From: Dimorphilus gyrociliatus
Lineage: Eukaryota > Animalia > Annelida
Direction: 5' to 3'
DNA: 64,000 nucleotides
Assembly: GCA_904063045.1 (NCBI GenBank)
Contig: CAJFCJ010000006.1
Location: 310,001 to 374,000, forward strand
Within the stretch, counting starts at the first letter, position 1. Every line of letters starts with the position of its first letter. The notes beneath the pieces were generated by a model. That model was not told where the DNA came from. It made no database searches and saw only the letters and a program-made list of their open reading frames with translations. Shown here piece by piece: positions 36,580 to 52,200 of the stretch. Position numbers and translations under genes: made by a program.

Positions 36580-39500
36580 ATAAAAAAAAAACAAGGGAGA
36601 AGAGTTACATCACTACCGGGAGGCAAATTACATCCAATTTTTAAAAATTATACTGCACCAGTATTATCTTCTTCCAAAACAGGTAAGAAATAATAAGAAA
36701 GTCTTTTATATACTGTATATTCTCTTCTCTTGATGAAAAATTCTTTTCTAGCATTACCCGAGATTGACCCTCCCAAAGGAGCAAACGTAAACTTTGATGA
36801 TCAATGGAAGGACTTATTGCACGGAAAGTTTTCAAATATTCCAGAAAATACTCCCAACTCTGTTAGAATATTCTTGGCTTCTGATTTTTATGGTATTAAA
36901 AATTTCTATTTTTCAAAAAATTCTTTACCAATTATTTTCCATTAAGATATGAAAGATGAAAGGAATATAATATGGGAAAGAGCAGTACCTGAATTGATTA
37001 AATATTGCTCGCATAGAAATCTTCAATTTCAATTAGTTGACTTATACTGGGGTTTGCCAAACCATGACTTACCCTTTATACAATACATTCAAAAATTCAG
37101 ATTAGATGAACTTAAAGATTGCTGTAAACAATCCATCGGACCAACATTTATTGTAAATTTTTGTTCTTAATATTATTTAATGATATGTTATATGTAATTT
37201 AACTAGGGTTTAATTGGAGAAAATTATGGACATTTTCAATTACCCATGGTGATATCTGCCAATATATACGATCTTTTCGTAAAAGTGTCACAAGAGGACG
37301 AACAAATTGATCAAAAAGATATTGAGCTGTTTAAGAGCTCTTATTCTCAAGACGAAAATTTCCTTGAACCTAAATTTATCTTGAAAGTTTGTACTACAAT
37401 GATTATTAAATCATTTATACAATTGCTTCTCCACTTTATAACTACAGCTTGATAAAATTGAAGATGAATATGACGATTTAAAACTATTCGTTCTAAATAT
37501 TATAAAGAAATGTGTTGAACTCAAATTATTGAGCGAAGATGAGGGTCAAGAATTAGTTATGTCAGGTCTGTACGATTTAATATTTGTTCGTATTTAGTTA
37601 TATATCTTTTTATACATTTGTAGGCTTACACAAGGAAATAGCAGCAGGAATATTTCAAGAGAAAGATCCAAGAAGTAGCTCAATTTGCTATAGAAGAGAA
37701 ATTACTGATAAAGAAGATGTCCAGCCCGCAATTAGTAAAACTTTCTTAGGCAAACTACTTTCAGATATTCAAAATCATTTAGGTAGCACTAATTTCAAGC
37801 AATATTTCATAAATAATTACGAAGCAACAAAAGAAGACTATCTCGAAAAGTTTATAAAGGACTTCCTATCAGATTGTAAGCAAATGATTAGTACAGCAGT
37901 GGGAGGATATAAAAAGTGCAAAGCTATTCAAGAGCCAATTTATCAAGAAATACTTTTTCATGCAAATGTATGGCAAGAAAATATGAAATATCACGTAGAA
38001 TCAGAAAATACTTTACACGCAATCGAAAAGTTTTTAAAAGATCCGAAATGTTCACAATTTCCATTCATAATTTATGGTCGAGAGGGATTCGGCAAAAGCA
38101 ATATTATGTCCCAAGTTGCACAAAAAATAAGAGAATGGTTTAGAACAGAAAGTACAGTTATTGTAAGATACTTGGGACAGACTTCGTCTTCCAGCAACAT
38201 ACACTCCCTTATGGAAGGTGTAACAAAACAAATTTGCCTCGCTTATAAATTAGATACTGCGAACAAGCCGTTTAACACTCTCTTTGAAACCTTGGAATTT
38301 TTTAAGGAAACTATTAATTTGGTATCCGAAAAGTATGCAAGTAGTAGACCAGTATTCTTGTTATTTGATGGAATTCAGAACTTACATCCTCTGGAAGAAA
38401 GTATGAAAGCACTTCACGCAATCAGGAAGTTTCCTAAGCACATTCATGTAATAATATCATCTGTTCCCTATGGTGAAAAAGAAGGAAGGTATTCAATGAG
38501 TAACCTATTGACCCAAGATGAATTTTCGACAGAGATTGAGAATATGTCGGATAAAAGTGCCCAATTGTTTATGAATAAGTATTTAACATCCTTCAAAAGA
38601 ACACTTAAAAAGGAACAACAAGATGCCATTTTAAAAGTTTGGAATGAATCTGAGAAATGTCCACTATTTCTATCACTTTTAGTAAGAGATTCTTTAAGAT
38701 GGGAATCAGATTTTAAACCAGAGAACTTACCAAAAAATATCAGTGAATACTTTGACAGACATGTTGATGATATCAAAAACAAATATGGCTCAAATATGGT
38801 ACAATATACATTAAGCTATCTAGCCATATCTGTACACAACGGTCTCTCTGAAGTGATTCTTACTGATTTACTTGCACAAGAAGAGGCTTGTCTATCAGAT
38901 GCTCATATTCACTGTCCAGAAGTGGTGAAGAAATCTATCATACCACCAATACTCTGGACAGCTATAAGAAAACTACTTGGCCCTATCTTGAAAACAAAAT
39001 ATATATACGACCAATACGTTGTGTCTCTAACACACGACATATTTACGAAATTAATTTCGGAAAAGTTAGAATTAGTTTGTAGTGGAACAGAAAAATCAAA
39101 GATAACCTCAAAGTCAACTGAAAATAGTATTCAATTATGTCAAAATTTGACCGATTATTTTACAAACGAAGGAAATGAATATTCGATGCCTCAGCCCACT
39201 ATTTTTACAAACTTGAATAAGATTGTAAGATTGTCAAATATTAGTAAATTACTTATGCCGCTCAAAGGAATGAAAATGTTAAAAAACTATTTACATTTTA
39301 ACTTCGAATGGTTAAATGCCGAACTTTGTGCGATTGGTCCTTTGAAAGTTATTGAGAATCTCCTTTCCATTAAATCTTTAGCTCAATCTCTAGCAGACAA
39401 TCGCCTTTTGCTCGAACATGATATACAAAGCATTAAAGAAATTCAAATACTAATTGATACTTTGAAACTTTCTACCAAGTCTCTCCTCAACTCACCTCAA

Positions 39501-42045
39501 AATTTACCATTTGAAATCTTTGGCAGATTAACAGATATTGATAAATATCCTTCTCTCAAGAGTTTACACCAGCAAGCTTTAGACTATATTCAATCGCAAA
39601 AGATATTTTTCTTACAGCCTTTATACGCTGTTCTAAAGACACCTAATGAATACCATCAAAAGACTTTCTACGGTCCGACACATGTACTTTTTGTGTCACA
39701 AGATCAATTCATATATACAATGACAAATAAAAAATATTTATCTATTTACGATATCGAAACTGACAACCTTGAACAAAAAACAACCATAAAAGTGGAACAA
39801 AAAGAATCAAATCTTATTCCAGGAAGGAAATCAAATTTTTTAATTATATCCTTTTTCTCACATCTGGATAAAATAAATCAATTAAAAGTTTGGAGTGGTG
39901 ATACAGGCATAAATGTTGTAGATTTTGAATTCAAAAAAGAATTTGAAGCATTAGATATTAGTAAGGATGAGAAGGTTTTAGCTGTTTGCACAATCAGCGA
40001 TATTGACCATCGAAAAGATGTCAAAAGCATTATGGGAGTCGACATTTTCTCGAAAGAGATTTTGTACAGAATACCAGTTGATAAGTACCATGAATCGGTC
40101 TCCAAAATAATTTTTCATCCCCAAAATTCTAACAGAATGATTTCAATTGGTAGTAGATTGAAGAAAAATATCCTTTTATGGGATCTTGAAACTGGAAAAC
40201 TATTGCAAGAATATTCCTGCGAGAATTTTCCTGAAGATGTATTTGTTTGCGGTAACAATATTGTTTGTGGAAATTCGACTTTTTGGTTATGTGTTATAGA
40301 TATTTCATCTAACGATTTGAAATCTAGTAGTTTTGACCAATTTGGCTCATATACTACAATGAACATATCGAACGATGGTAGTCTTATATGGGCTGCTACT
40401 GAAAACAATATTGTTTCTATCAAGTTAGACTTGGCTCTCTTAGATAAATTATCATTTTCTTCATCAATATCTTCGTTTAAATTTAATGATAAAGAAGAAT
40501 TTTTATTTATTGGTTATTTTAATGGAAATATGGATGTTTTCGATATAAAAACGAAGAAAACAATTTATAGTTGTTCACTTCATAATGATAAAATAACATC
40601 ATTCATTTCTCAGAATAATGTGTTATTTTCGGCTGGGCTTGATGGTCTTGTGCAGAAATTCTGCTTCGAAAGTCTTTTCCAAAAGAATACCGAGAAAGAT
40701 TCGTCAGATGTACAAACGAAAGACTTCGTCTCATGCACTGATATATCAGACGTGTTTTTTTCTGATAAACAAGCTTTGATAAGCTCAAAATCATTAAATT
40801 TACTACAGTATAACTACGAAAAAGGTATGTTAGTAGTAAAAATATCTTCCTAAACTGTTTCATATAATCTTCAACAGGTGAGATTATCAATAAATATCCG
40901 TGCCCCGAAGCTGTGCAAAGAGTGATTTTTGCGTATAAGGAAAGATTAATTATTGCACTTTGTGAGGGAGTAACAAAGGAGGAAGGGAACCATATAAAAG
41001 TATATCAGCCATTCTATGAATAATATAATTAAAAAATCGTTTTCAGATGTGGATGACCGAGAAAACAGAAACTCTTGAGTTTGAGGATCCTAAAATTTCT
41101 AAAAATGTATTAACTTTTACTTTAAATCCACAAGGAGATTCTCTACTGTTGCTTAACCAGGGTAAGTTTCACTTTTGTCTGTTCAATATACTTTAACTGT
41201 TGTCCTAACTTTAGACTTAGAGCTGCATTTAGTAGATCTCTTTGATAAAACTGTAAAGCTGTCCACCAAAATAACTCTACCCAACTTTAAGTCAATTGAG
41301 TTTGTTGGGTCAACAAATGGGGGTTCTGGAGAACCTCAAGAGTACTACGTAACACTTGGTTTCAAGTGTTTTCATGACACATTTACATCCTTCCTTACGT
41401 TGAAAATCACTTCAAATCAGATGCATTTAGTGTCTCAAGATAGACTAATTTTTGATATTCTATCAATGAAAAGTGTCTTAGTTTCTGAAGGAAAGATGCT
41501 AATTGGAAATATTCAAGGTTCCTTAATAGAAATTGACTTGGAAAGTCAAAAAGTAATTAACAGTTTGACTGATAAACAATTGTCAAAGCTCTTAAAACAG
41601 GGAAAAACAAAAAGTTTCAATTTAGTTGGAAGGCCCATTCATGACAATTGTATCACGAGTATAAAGATGAAAGGTGACTGGTTACTCACTGCATCATTGG
41701 ATAAAACTGTAAAAATATGGGATAAGACTTGTCAGAATTTGCTTGTACTCAAAACGAACTTTTTAGTTAGTATTAAGTAGTAATTTATATTTTTTTATTA
41801 ATTAATTAATTCCTTAACAGGTGGAAGATGTATACGTGGACGCAAAGAAAAAGCATCTTGTAGCAGTGCATAAAAATGGTCTCCTCGGTTTGTACAATAT
41901 TGAATCTGGAGAGCTACTTTTTGAAAGTAGTTTAGAGGGGGAATGCAAAAATTTAATATGGACCGATAATGCTTTTGCTGCATTTTCTACAACTGAGAGT
42001 GTATCTGAAGGAAGAGTCGGATTTTTCAAGTCGATTGAAGCCTAA
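36580..42045 (+). CDS. NWD1/NWD2-like STAND NTPase: N-terminal DUF4062-like domain, NACHT, WD40 repeats; first exon uncertain
   Basis: Motifs VRIFLASDF/DMKDERNIIWE...VDLYWG, Walker A IIYGREGFGKS, VIVRYLGQTSSS and Walker B FLLFDGI. Helical region PPILWTAIR..L, FNFEWL; WD repeats (ILLWDLETGKLL, HNDKITS, LLTASLDKTVKIWD). Confidence 0.85.
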
Positions 42046-42413
42046 AGTTCCATTAATCAGTTCTTTTTCTTTGATATAAATACACACTGTAAATATGTAT
42101 CAATGATCAGATGTAACGTATCTTTCCTGCAATATAATGTTTTAAATGGAATATTCAGATCTGATTTTGTTAACATATTTTATAAAACTACAAACAAAAC
42201 TTCTATCCCTAGTTATTAAGGTCTTGTGAGGTACTCGTCTCACCCAAAAAGTTTAAAATATATTTTAATTATTTATCTGGATTAATTTGTTGAAAAGATC
42301 TTAAATTAGTTATCTCTTACTTTCAATCGAGATGGGAAATGCTTTATAACTAATAATTTATGAGAATACATTTGTACTCATTCCTTAATTTATTCGCAAC
42401 ATACGAAAATTAT

Positions 42414-43061
<648 letters not shown>

Positions 43062-43289
43062 GTTTTTTCTGTTCAATCAATGCTCAACTTTTCTATTTAA
43101 GGAAATGTTAGAGAACTATTTCCGAAAAAATAAAAATGTCGGACATTAGAATAATACGTGCACCATCTTTATTTTTTTAAAGATAATATTCTCATCTGTC
43201 TCTATCTAATGATACTATTTATTTTTCTGTGGAAGGACTCAGAATATTCATTTGAATTCAACGATTAGAAAGCATAGCAGCCGCTTTAA

Positions 43290-46200
43290 ATGACGGAAAC
43301 GGCTGAAGGAGAACAGCATCAACCGACTACACAATCTGTAGTTGAAACGTCGGTTTTCGCTAATTATATTAAGCGAGCTGTTCAATTACATCTGGAGGAT
43401 GGTGATGACACACCGGCAAGTCTGAATTCAATTTTGAAGGAACAAGCTACTTTGGAAACTCTAAGAAAGTTTCTAAGTGATGCTCAAGCACCCGTCTTAT
43501 TTATTGAAAGAATCATTAGCAAAGGTTTAACAAAATAATCATAAAAAGACTTCATAGAAATTTTGTATTTTATAGATGAGGGAGAGGAAGAAGAAGAGGA
43601 GAAGGAGGTTGCATATAACATACATACTGATGTTCACTATACGAATAATAAAGTGAATAGGTTTGTTGAACATTGATTTTCACAGATGTTTTATTCATCA
43701 AGAGCCAGCAGTAGGCACATTGGTTCAAGCATCATATCTGAAAACGTGCTGACACGAACATTTTTGTCTGGCCATATTTTGGCTCTATTTTCAAATCAAC
43801 TAACATCAGAACATAATTTTAAGTTGTACTCAGTCACAAAACATATAGCTAGACTTTGGAGCATAATATTTGCTTCAGTGCAACCTCAAAAACCGAACGT
43901 CATCATTCAAAGATGAACTTATAGAATTTTATTGCATAAGTATACTTACTTTATCGAGTTACTGTCTAACAAAAACTACATAGCCAACAAATAATCATGT
44001 TTTTTATAAAAGAAAATTAAATTTATCGAACAATCAATAACGCGCTTGCTTTTTAAGCATATTCAAAAAAGCACAATCATTAACTTTAACGCATCTGACG
44101 AAATATTAATTAAATTATTCTGACTATTAAAATTATAAGTCAATAAATCCATTATATGTTAAATTGTTTCGTGTGACCAATACCATTATGAATTACTTCG
44201 TTTATCTAATCTTTTGAGGATAAGACTGAGGAAATTTTTTTGGTTTCAGGCGTCTATCTGCGTTTTATCTAAGAATATGATTATTGAATAGATTTTATAT
44301 AATTTTCACTAATTACCTATTTTCTCAAACAGCCTCTTGGTTATGAAAAGAGGAATAAGCGTTGAAGCCGATAAACCCCTGTCGACTCAATTAGTACTCA
44401 TTGACTTACCTGAGGGATCACCATATGAAAATTTGCATGCAATTGTGACTAATGCAGTATCACCTTTCTTCAAATCTTTCATAAGGAGTACGGGAAAAGC
44501 TGACCGAGATGGGGATAAGATTGCACCATCCGTGGAAAAAAAATTGGCTGAGGTTGAAATGGGTCTTCTTCATTTGCAACAAAATATTGATATACCTGAA
44601 ATAACTCTGGTCATACATCCTAATGTCTACCAAATGATAAAAAAGGCCACTGATGAAGGAAGAAGAGCAAAGGTAGCAGATTTCGGGGATAAAGTAGAAG
44701 ACGCAAATTTCTTAAATCAGTTACAGAGCGGAGTAAATAGATGGATTCGAGAAATTCAAAAAGTATGTCAATACAAATTTCGTATACTAAGTTAATAGTG
44801 ATTGTTTTAATAGGTTACGAAATTAGACCGTGATCCCGCTTCGGGAACTGCCTTACAGGAAATTAGCTTTTGGTTAAATTTGGAAAGAGCTCTTTTAAGA
44901 ATTCAAGAAAAAAGAGAAAGTATAGATATCACACTGACTTTAGATATTCTAAAACATGGAAAACGATTCCACGCAACTGTATCTTTCGATACTGACACTG
45001 GATTGAAACAAGCTTTAGCAACTGTAAATGATTATAATCCTCTAATGAAGGATTTTCCTTTAAATGATCTTCTATCGGCAACGGAACTTGATAAAATACG
45101 GGCAGCTGTACAACTAATATTCAATCATTTACGTAAAATAAAAAACACGAAATATCCTATTCAAAGAGCTTTACGACTTGTTGAGGCTATATCTAGAGAT
45201 TTGTTGAATCAGTTACTTAAAGTGCTTGGCACACGCCGTCTGATGCATATTGCTTTCGAAGAATACGAGAAAGTGATGAATGCTAGTTTTGAAGTTTTCT
45301 CTACATGGGATGATGAATACGAGAAACTGCAAGGTTTGTTAAGAGATATAATTAAGAAAAAGAGGGATGAAAGTATGAAAATGGTTTGGAGAGTAAGTCC
45401 TGCTCATAAGCGCCTCCAGGCAAGGCTGGATGAGATGAGAAAATTCCGCCATCAGCACGAGCAGCTACGGCAAGTTATTGTTAGAGTTTTGAGACCTGCA
45501 CCTATACCAAGCACTCAAGATGAAGAAAAGGACATGAAAACTGCTGATAAACCCATGCTCCTTGACGCTTCTGATGCAAATGCAATGGAGGTAAGATTAA
45601 CGAGTTTTACTGGAAGAAATTTAACGAGAGTTATATTTTTATTTTAGGAAGTTCATCTTGCATACGAAAGTGTCAAAGTTATTGACTGCCTCGATGTTTC
45701 TTTAGAAGGAACTGACGCTTGGGAAGGTGCTATTAAGCGGTAAGCTTACTTATCTTAAGCATATGGAATATATATATAAATCAATTTTAAAAACTCCAGA
45801 TATGATGAAAGAATTGATCGCGTAGAAACCCGCATCACTGCTCGATTACGTGACCAGCTTGGCACAGCTAAAAATGCCAATGAGATGTTTAGAATCTTCT
45901 CTCGGTTTAATGCTCTATTTGTTCGACCGCATATACGAGGAGCTATCAGAGAATACCAAACTCAACTCATTCAAAGAGTTAAAGATGATATTGAGAACTT
46001 GCATGATAAATTTAAGAGTCAGTACTCTGGCTCTAAGGACTGCCGAATGTCTCGTGTTCGAGATTTACCTCCTGTGTCTGGATCAATTATTTGGGCTCGA
46101 CAAATTGAACATCAATTGGACGCATACATGCGTAGAGTCGAAGATGTATTAGGAAAAGGATGGGAAAATCACGTTGAAGGGCAAAAGCTTAAGGGTGATG

Positions 46201-49200
46201 GTGATTCCTTTAGACAGAAACTCAATACTCAAGCACTATTTGAAGATTGGTCGAAGAAAGTCCAGCAGAAACAATTGAGTGTAACAGGAAGAATTTTTGC
46301 TATTGAAACTATTCGAGCTAGAACTGCCAGTGCCAAGAGTGTTTTGAAATTGAGAGTAAGTTTCCTGTTAATTCCGTATAACCATTATGAGATATGATGT
46401 TAAGATTATTCCATTTGAGCACTAAGCCTGAAAAAACTTTCGTTCCAAACTTGTCTGATAGACTATTTATTTTTCGAAGAAATAATATATGAAACACATG
46501 TTTATAGTTATATCTGTATTTTAGGTAAACTTTCTACCGGAAATCATTACTCTCTCGAAAGAAGTCAGAAATTTAAAATGGCTTGGATTTCGTGTTCCGC
46601 TCACAACTGTCAACAAGGCTCATCAAGCCAATCAACTTTATCCCTTTGCCATATCTCTTATAGAAAACGTTCGTACATATGAACGCACAAATGATAAAGT
46701 TGATGAACGACCTTCGATTAGCCTTCTTGTTGCTGGAATGCGAAAAGAGGTTCAAGTACTTATTTCTGAAGGAATGTCAATGGTATGGGAATCATACAAA
46801 TTAGATCCCTATGTCCAACGGTATAGTATTTGCTATTTACTTTTTAGTAATTGTTGATTGATCGTACTTTTCTAGATTGGCCGAATCGATCGGTGCTTAC
46901 CAGGATAAAGTGGATGACTTGCTAGTTATAGATGAGCAAATAGATGCAGAAGTTAAATCTCTGGATCGCTGCCAATATTCACAGTCGTTCTTTTGCGAGA
47001 TTCTCAACAGAATTCAGAAGCTTGTAGACGATTTGAGCTTGCATCAGTACTCAAATCTGGCTTTATGGGTAAATAAACTAGACCAAGAAGTTGAGAAACG
47101 TTTGGCCAGCAGATTAGAGGCAGCTATTCAGGCGTGGACAAAATTATTGGCGGGTGGAGATAATGATGATGATATTGAAGAAAGTATGGATACAGATCAA
47201 CCGACTGTTTTCAAAAGAGGAGGAAATCCACACATAAGAAGCATTGTGCATGAATTAAGAATTACCAACCAAGTAATGTACTTGAGCCCCAGTGTAGAAG
47301 AAGCAAAAGCACATATTTACGACGAATTTCAAGTTTGGATTAGTGTTGCTTTAAAATTACCAAGAATCCGTCATTCTCGATATCAAGTGGGATTTGAACA
47401 AAGTGAATCAGAAGGTGAAAAAACTTACCGACACCTTATGCGTCACCTTCCTGAAGGAATGGTTTCTGTTCAGCAGTCTTATTCTGCTATTGAGAAATTA
47501 ATTGATCAGCTGGTTGATTATATCAATCAATGGTTTCGCTATCAAAAATTGTGGGATAGAAATCCTGATGAATTGTACGACATGCTGGGTACAAAAATGC
47601 CAAGCTGGATGAAAACTGTTGAATCAATTAAAGAGTTCAGAAAGACTTTTGATACTTCGGAAAATAGAAAAAATTTGGGTCCAATAATTGTGGATTTTGG
47701 AAAAGTACAATCTAAAGTTACACTTAAGTATGACTCTTGGCATAAGGATGTCCTCAGCAAATTTGGCCAATTGTTGGGTAGCAACATGCAAGATTTTTAT
47801 CAAAATGTTTCAAAATCAAGGGCAGATCTTGAATTACAGTCAATTGAAACTGCGAACACAAGTGATGCTGTAAATCTCATTACTCATGTGCAGGGGCTTA
47901 AGAGAAAGATAAGGTAGGTAATTAAACGTGAAATTTCATAAGACATATATCAGTTCTTGTTCACAGAACTATGGAGAAAGAAGTCGAAATGTTTAAGGAC
48001 GGTCAAAGGTTGTTAGAGCGTCAACGCTTTCAATTTCCTTCATCCTGGTTATACATTGATAATATTGAGGGTGAATGGGGTGCCTTTAACGATATGATGA
48101 GAAGAAAGGACAGTGCCATTCAATCTCAAGTAGCTTCTCTACAAATGAAAATTGTATCGCAAGATAAGACTATTGAAAGTCAGACAACTAGCATTTTAGC
48201 AGAATGGGAAAAGGAAAAGCCTGTGGAAGGTAATTTGCAGCCATCAGATGCCGTGAATGCACTAGCGATTTTCGAAGGAAAGTTGATGAGACTGAAAGAG
48301 GAACGAGATAATGTTGCTAAAGCTAAAGAAGCTTTGGAACTTGCAGAACCAGGAACTTTGAGTATGAGCGACGAAAGAATGCAAGTAGCTTTAGAGGAGC
48401 TTCAAGACCTAAAAGGTGTTTGGAGCGAACTAGGAAAAATTTGGGAAAGAATTGATGAAATGAAGGAGAAACTTTGGCTTTCGGTTCAACCCAGAAAGTT
48501 AAGACAGCAAATTGATGGATTACTAAATGATTTAAAGGATCTACCAGCAAGGTTATCCAATGTTATATCTAAAATTATTGAATATTTTAATATATTTTTT
48601 CTTTTAGATTGCGGCAGTACGCCTCATTTGAGCATGTTAAAAAAACGCTACAAGGATACGCAAAAGTTAATTTACTTATTGTTGAGCTTAAGTCTGAAGC
48701 TATTAAAGAACGACACTGGAAGATGCTTATGAAAAGACTCCGCGTATCTTGGATTTTGCCAGAACTAGCATTGGGACAGCTATGGGATTCTAACCTGCTA
48801 AGGAATGAAACAGCAGTTAAAGATGTTCTTTTAGTCGCTCAAGGAGAAATGGCTTTAGAAGTGTTCTTAAAACAAGTTGCTGGCATCTGGAAAACATATG
48901 AACTTGAACTAACAAACTTTCAAAATAAATGTCAGTTAATTAAAGGATGGGATGATCTATTTAATAAAGTGAAAGAGCATATAAACAGTGTCACCGCAAT
49001 GAAAATGTCCCCATATTACAAAGAATTTGAGGAAGAAGCACTGGCCTGGGAGGATAAATTGAACAGAATCAATACTCTCTTTGACGTTTGGATCGATGTT
49101 CAACGACGATGGGTCTACTTGGAAGGAATATTTTCAGGTTCTGCCGACATTAAAACTCTACTGCCAGTGGAGACAAATAAATTTGCCAGCGTTAGCACTG

Positions 49201-52200
49201 AATTTCTAGCTCTAATGAAAAAGGTTAGCAAATCGCCTTTGATAATGGATGTGTTGAACATTGCTAATGTTCTAAGGCAATTAGAAAGGCTAGCCGATCT
49301 TTTGTGTAAAATTCAAAAAGCACTTGGAGAATATTTAGAAAGGGAACGTGCTTCGTTTCCACGATTTTATTTTGTTGGAGATGAAGACTTGTTAGAAATT
49401 ATAGGAAATAGTAAAAATATCGGTAGATTGCAGAAACATTTTAAGAAAATGTTCGCAGGTGTTTATGCATTATTATTAAGCGATGATGAATTGTTCATAA
49501 ATGGATTGGCTTCAAAAGAAGGTGAAGAGGTATATTTTACTAAACCAATTAACCTGAAAGAATTTCCCAAAATCAACGAGTGGTTAACGGAAGTGGAAAG
49601 GCAAATGCGTCTTACTCTTGCTGGACAGTTGGCTGATGCTGTCTCAAAAGTTAACGCATTTAAAACATCAGAGATCAAGCAAGAAAATTATTTGCAATGG
49701 GTAGACGCTTATCAAGCGCAGCTAGTTGTCTTGGCAGCGCAAATTTCTTGGTCAGAAAGCACAGAAGCTGCATTAGCTGCTGATAAGAGCTCATTGGATT
49801 CGGTTTTAGGAAATGTTGATGCAACGTTAACAGTTTTAGCAGACTCAGTACTTCACGAACAACCCCCTGTAAGAAGAAGAAAATTGGAACACTTAATTAC
49901 AGAATTAGTCCATCAAAGAGATGTCACAAGAAATTTAATTTCTCATAAAGTTGAATCTGTTAAGTCGTTTGATTGGCTACAACAAATGCGTTTTTACTTT
50001 GATCCAAAGCAAAAAGATGTTCTGAAACGTTTAACCATTCACATGGCCAATGCAAAATTCCACTATGGTTTTGAATATCTTGGCATTCAAGACAAGCTTG
50101 TACAAACCCCGCTAACAGACAGATGCTATCTTACTATGACCCAAGCACTTGAAGCCAGATTGGGAGGGAGTCCATTTGGTCCGGCTGGTACTGGAAAAAC
50201 AGAATCCGTTAAAGCTCTTGGAAACCAGTTGGGCAGATTTGTTCTTGTATTTAATTGTGACGAAACTTTTGACTTCCAAGCCATGGGAAGAATTTTTATT
50301 GGACTGTGTCAGGTTGGCGCTTGGGGATGTTTTGATGAATTCAATCGACTTGAAGAGCGAATGTTGTCAGCTGTGTCCCAACAAATTCAAACTATACAGG
50401 AAGCCTTAAAAGAAAACTTAGGCACTGGAGACGAATCAAAAAAATCGCTTTCTATTGAACTTATTGGGAAACAAGTCAGGGTTAGCTCTGACATGGCTAT
50501 ATTCATTACTATGAATCCTGGCTATGCAGGGCGCTCTAATCTACCAGATAATTTGAAAAAATTATTTAGATCGCTTGCTATGACACAACCAGATCGGCAA
50601 CTGATTGCTCAGGTTATGTTGTATAGCCAAGGTTTCAGATCAGCTGAAAAGTTATCAAACAAAATTGTACCTTTCTTCAAACTATGCGATGAACAGCTAT
50701 CTCCCCAGTCGCATTATGATTTTGGTTTGAGAGCTTTGAAATCTGTCCTTGTGTCCGCCGGAAATGTTAAACGAGAAAGAATAGCAAGAGTTAAACAAGA
50801 ATTAGAAGCTGAGGGGGAAACCATAGATGACGTAGTTGTCTCGAATAGATTAAATGAGCAGGAAATTTTAATTCAATCGGTTATGGAAACAATGGTTCCT
50901 AAGCTGGTAGCTGAAGATATACCACTATTAAATTCGCTGTTGTCAGATGTTTTCCCGGGTGTAAAATATAACCCTGTTGAGATGAAACAACTCAGAACTG
51001 AAATAAGAAAAGTTTGTGAAAGTATGCATTTATCCTATGGTGAAGGTGAAGAAAGTGGCTCAACTTGGATCGAAAAAGTTCTTCAACTTTACCAGATTAC
51101 CCAGCTGCATCATGGATTGATGATGGTAGGACCAAGTGGATCAGGAAAATCAATGGCATGGAAAGTCTTACTACAAGCTTTGCAAAAGCTAGAAGGAGTT
51201 GAAGGTGTGGCTCATGTGATTGATCCTAAGTCTATTTCAAAAGATGCTCTTTACGGAAGTTTGGACCCTAATACAAGAGAATGGACTGATGGGTTATTTA
51301 CACATGTACTAAGAAAAATCATAGACAATGTTAGAGGAGAAATTGGTAAACGCCAATGGATTATTTTCGATGGGGATGTCGATCCTGAGTGGGTTGAAAA
51401 TTTAAATTCTGTTTTAGATGATAACAAACTACTAACGTTGCCCAACGGTGAAAGATTAGGTATTCCACCAAATGTTCGGATAATGTTTGAAGTTCAGGAT
51501 TTACGATATGCAACATTAGCAACAGTTTCCAGATGCGGTATGGTTTGGTTTAGCGAAGACGTCCTCACAACAGAAATGATATTTGAAAACTACTTAACAA
51601 AACTACACAAAGTACCTATCGATGAATCAGAGGAGGAGCCGAGAGCGTTAGGAAGTGGAGGTAATGAGGAAGACTTGTCACCAAGCTTGCGTGTACAAAG
51701 AGATTGCGGCACCATTTTAAATCCATATTTTGGATCTGGCGGTTTGATAATGAAATGTTTAGAATATGCATCATCTCTTGAACATATTATGGACTTCACT
51801 CGACTTCGAGTATTAGGATCACTTTTTAGCATGTTAAATCAATGCATTAGAAACGTTCAATCTTATAATTATACTCATTCTGACTTCCCAATGCCTTATG
51901 AAGATTTAGAAAAATATATCCCTAAATGCTTGATTTATGCCATTTTATGGAGTTTCTCTGGGGATGGTAAATTAAAAGTTAGACAACAGCTTGGAGAATA
52001 TATTAGAAGTGTAACAACAGTACCTTTACCATCTTCAAGTCATGATATCATTGATTACGAAGTCACACTACCAGCTGGAGAATGGCAACCTTGGGCTAGT
52101 AGAGTGCCACAGATTGAGGTGGAAACTCACAAAGTAGGCGCTCCAGATGTTGTTGTTCCAACAATCGACACAGTCAGACACGAATCTCTTTTATATACAT

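Noticed and set aside
43686-43916. 76-aa ORF in dynein intron 2 as an alternative exon or nested gene
   Set aside because: No dynein homology, no compatible donor/phase found, and no recognisable motif on either strand.
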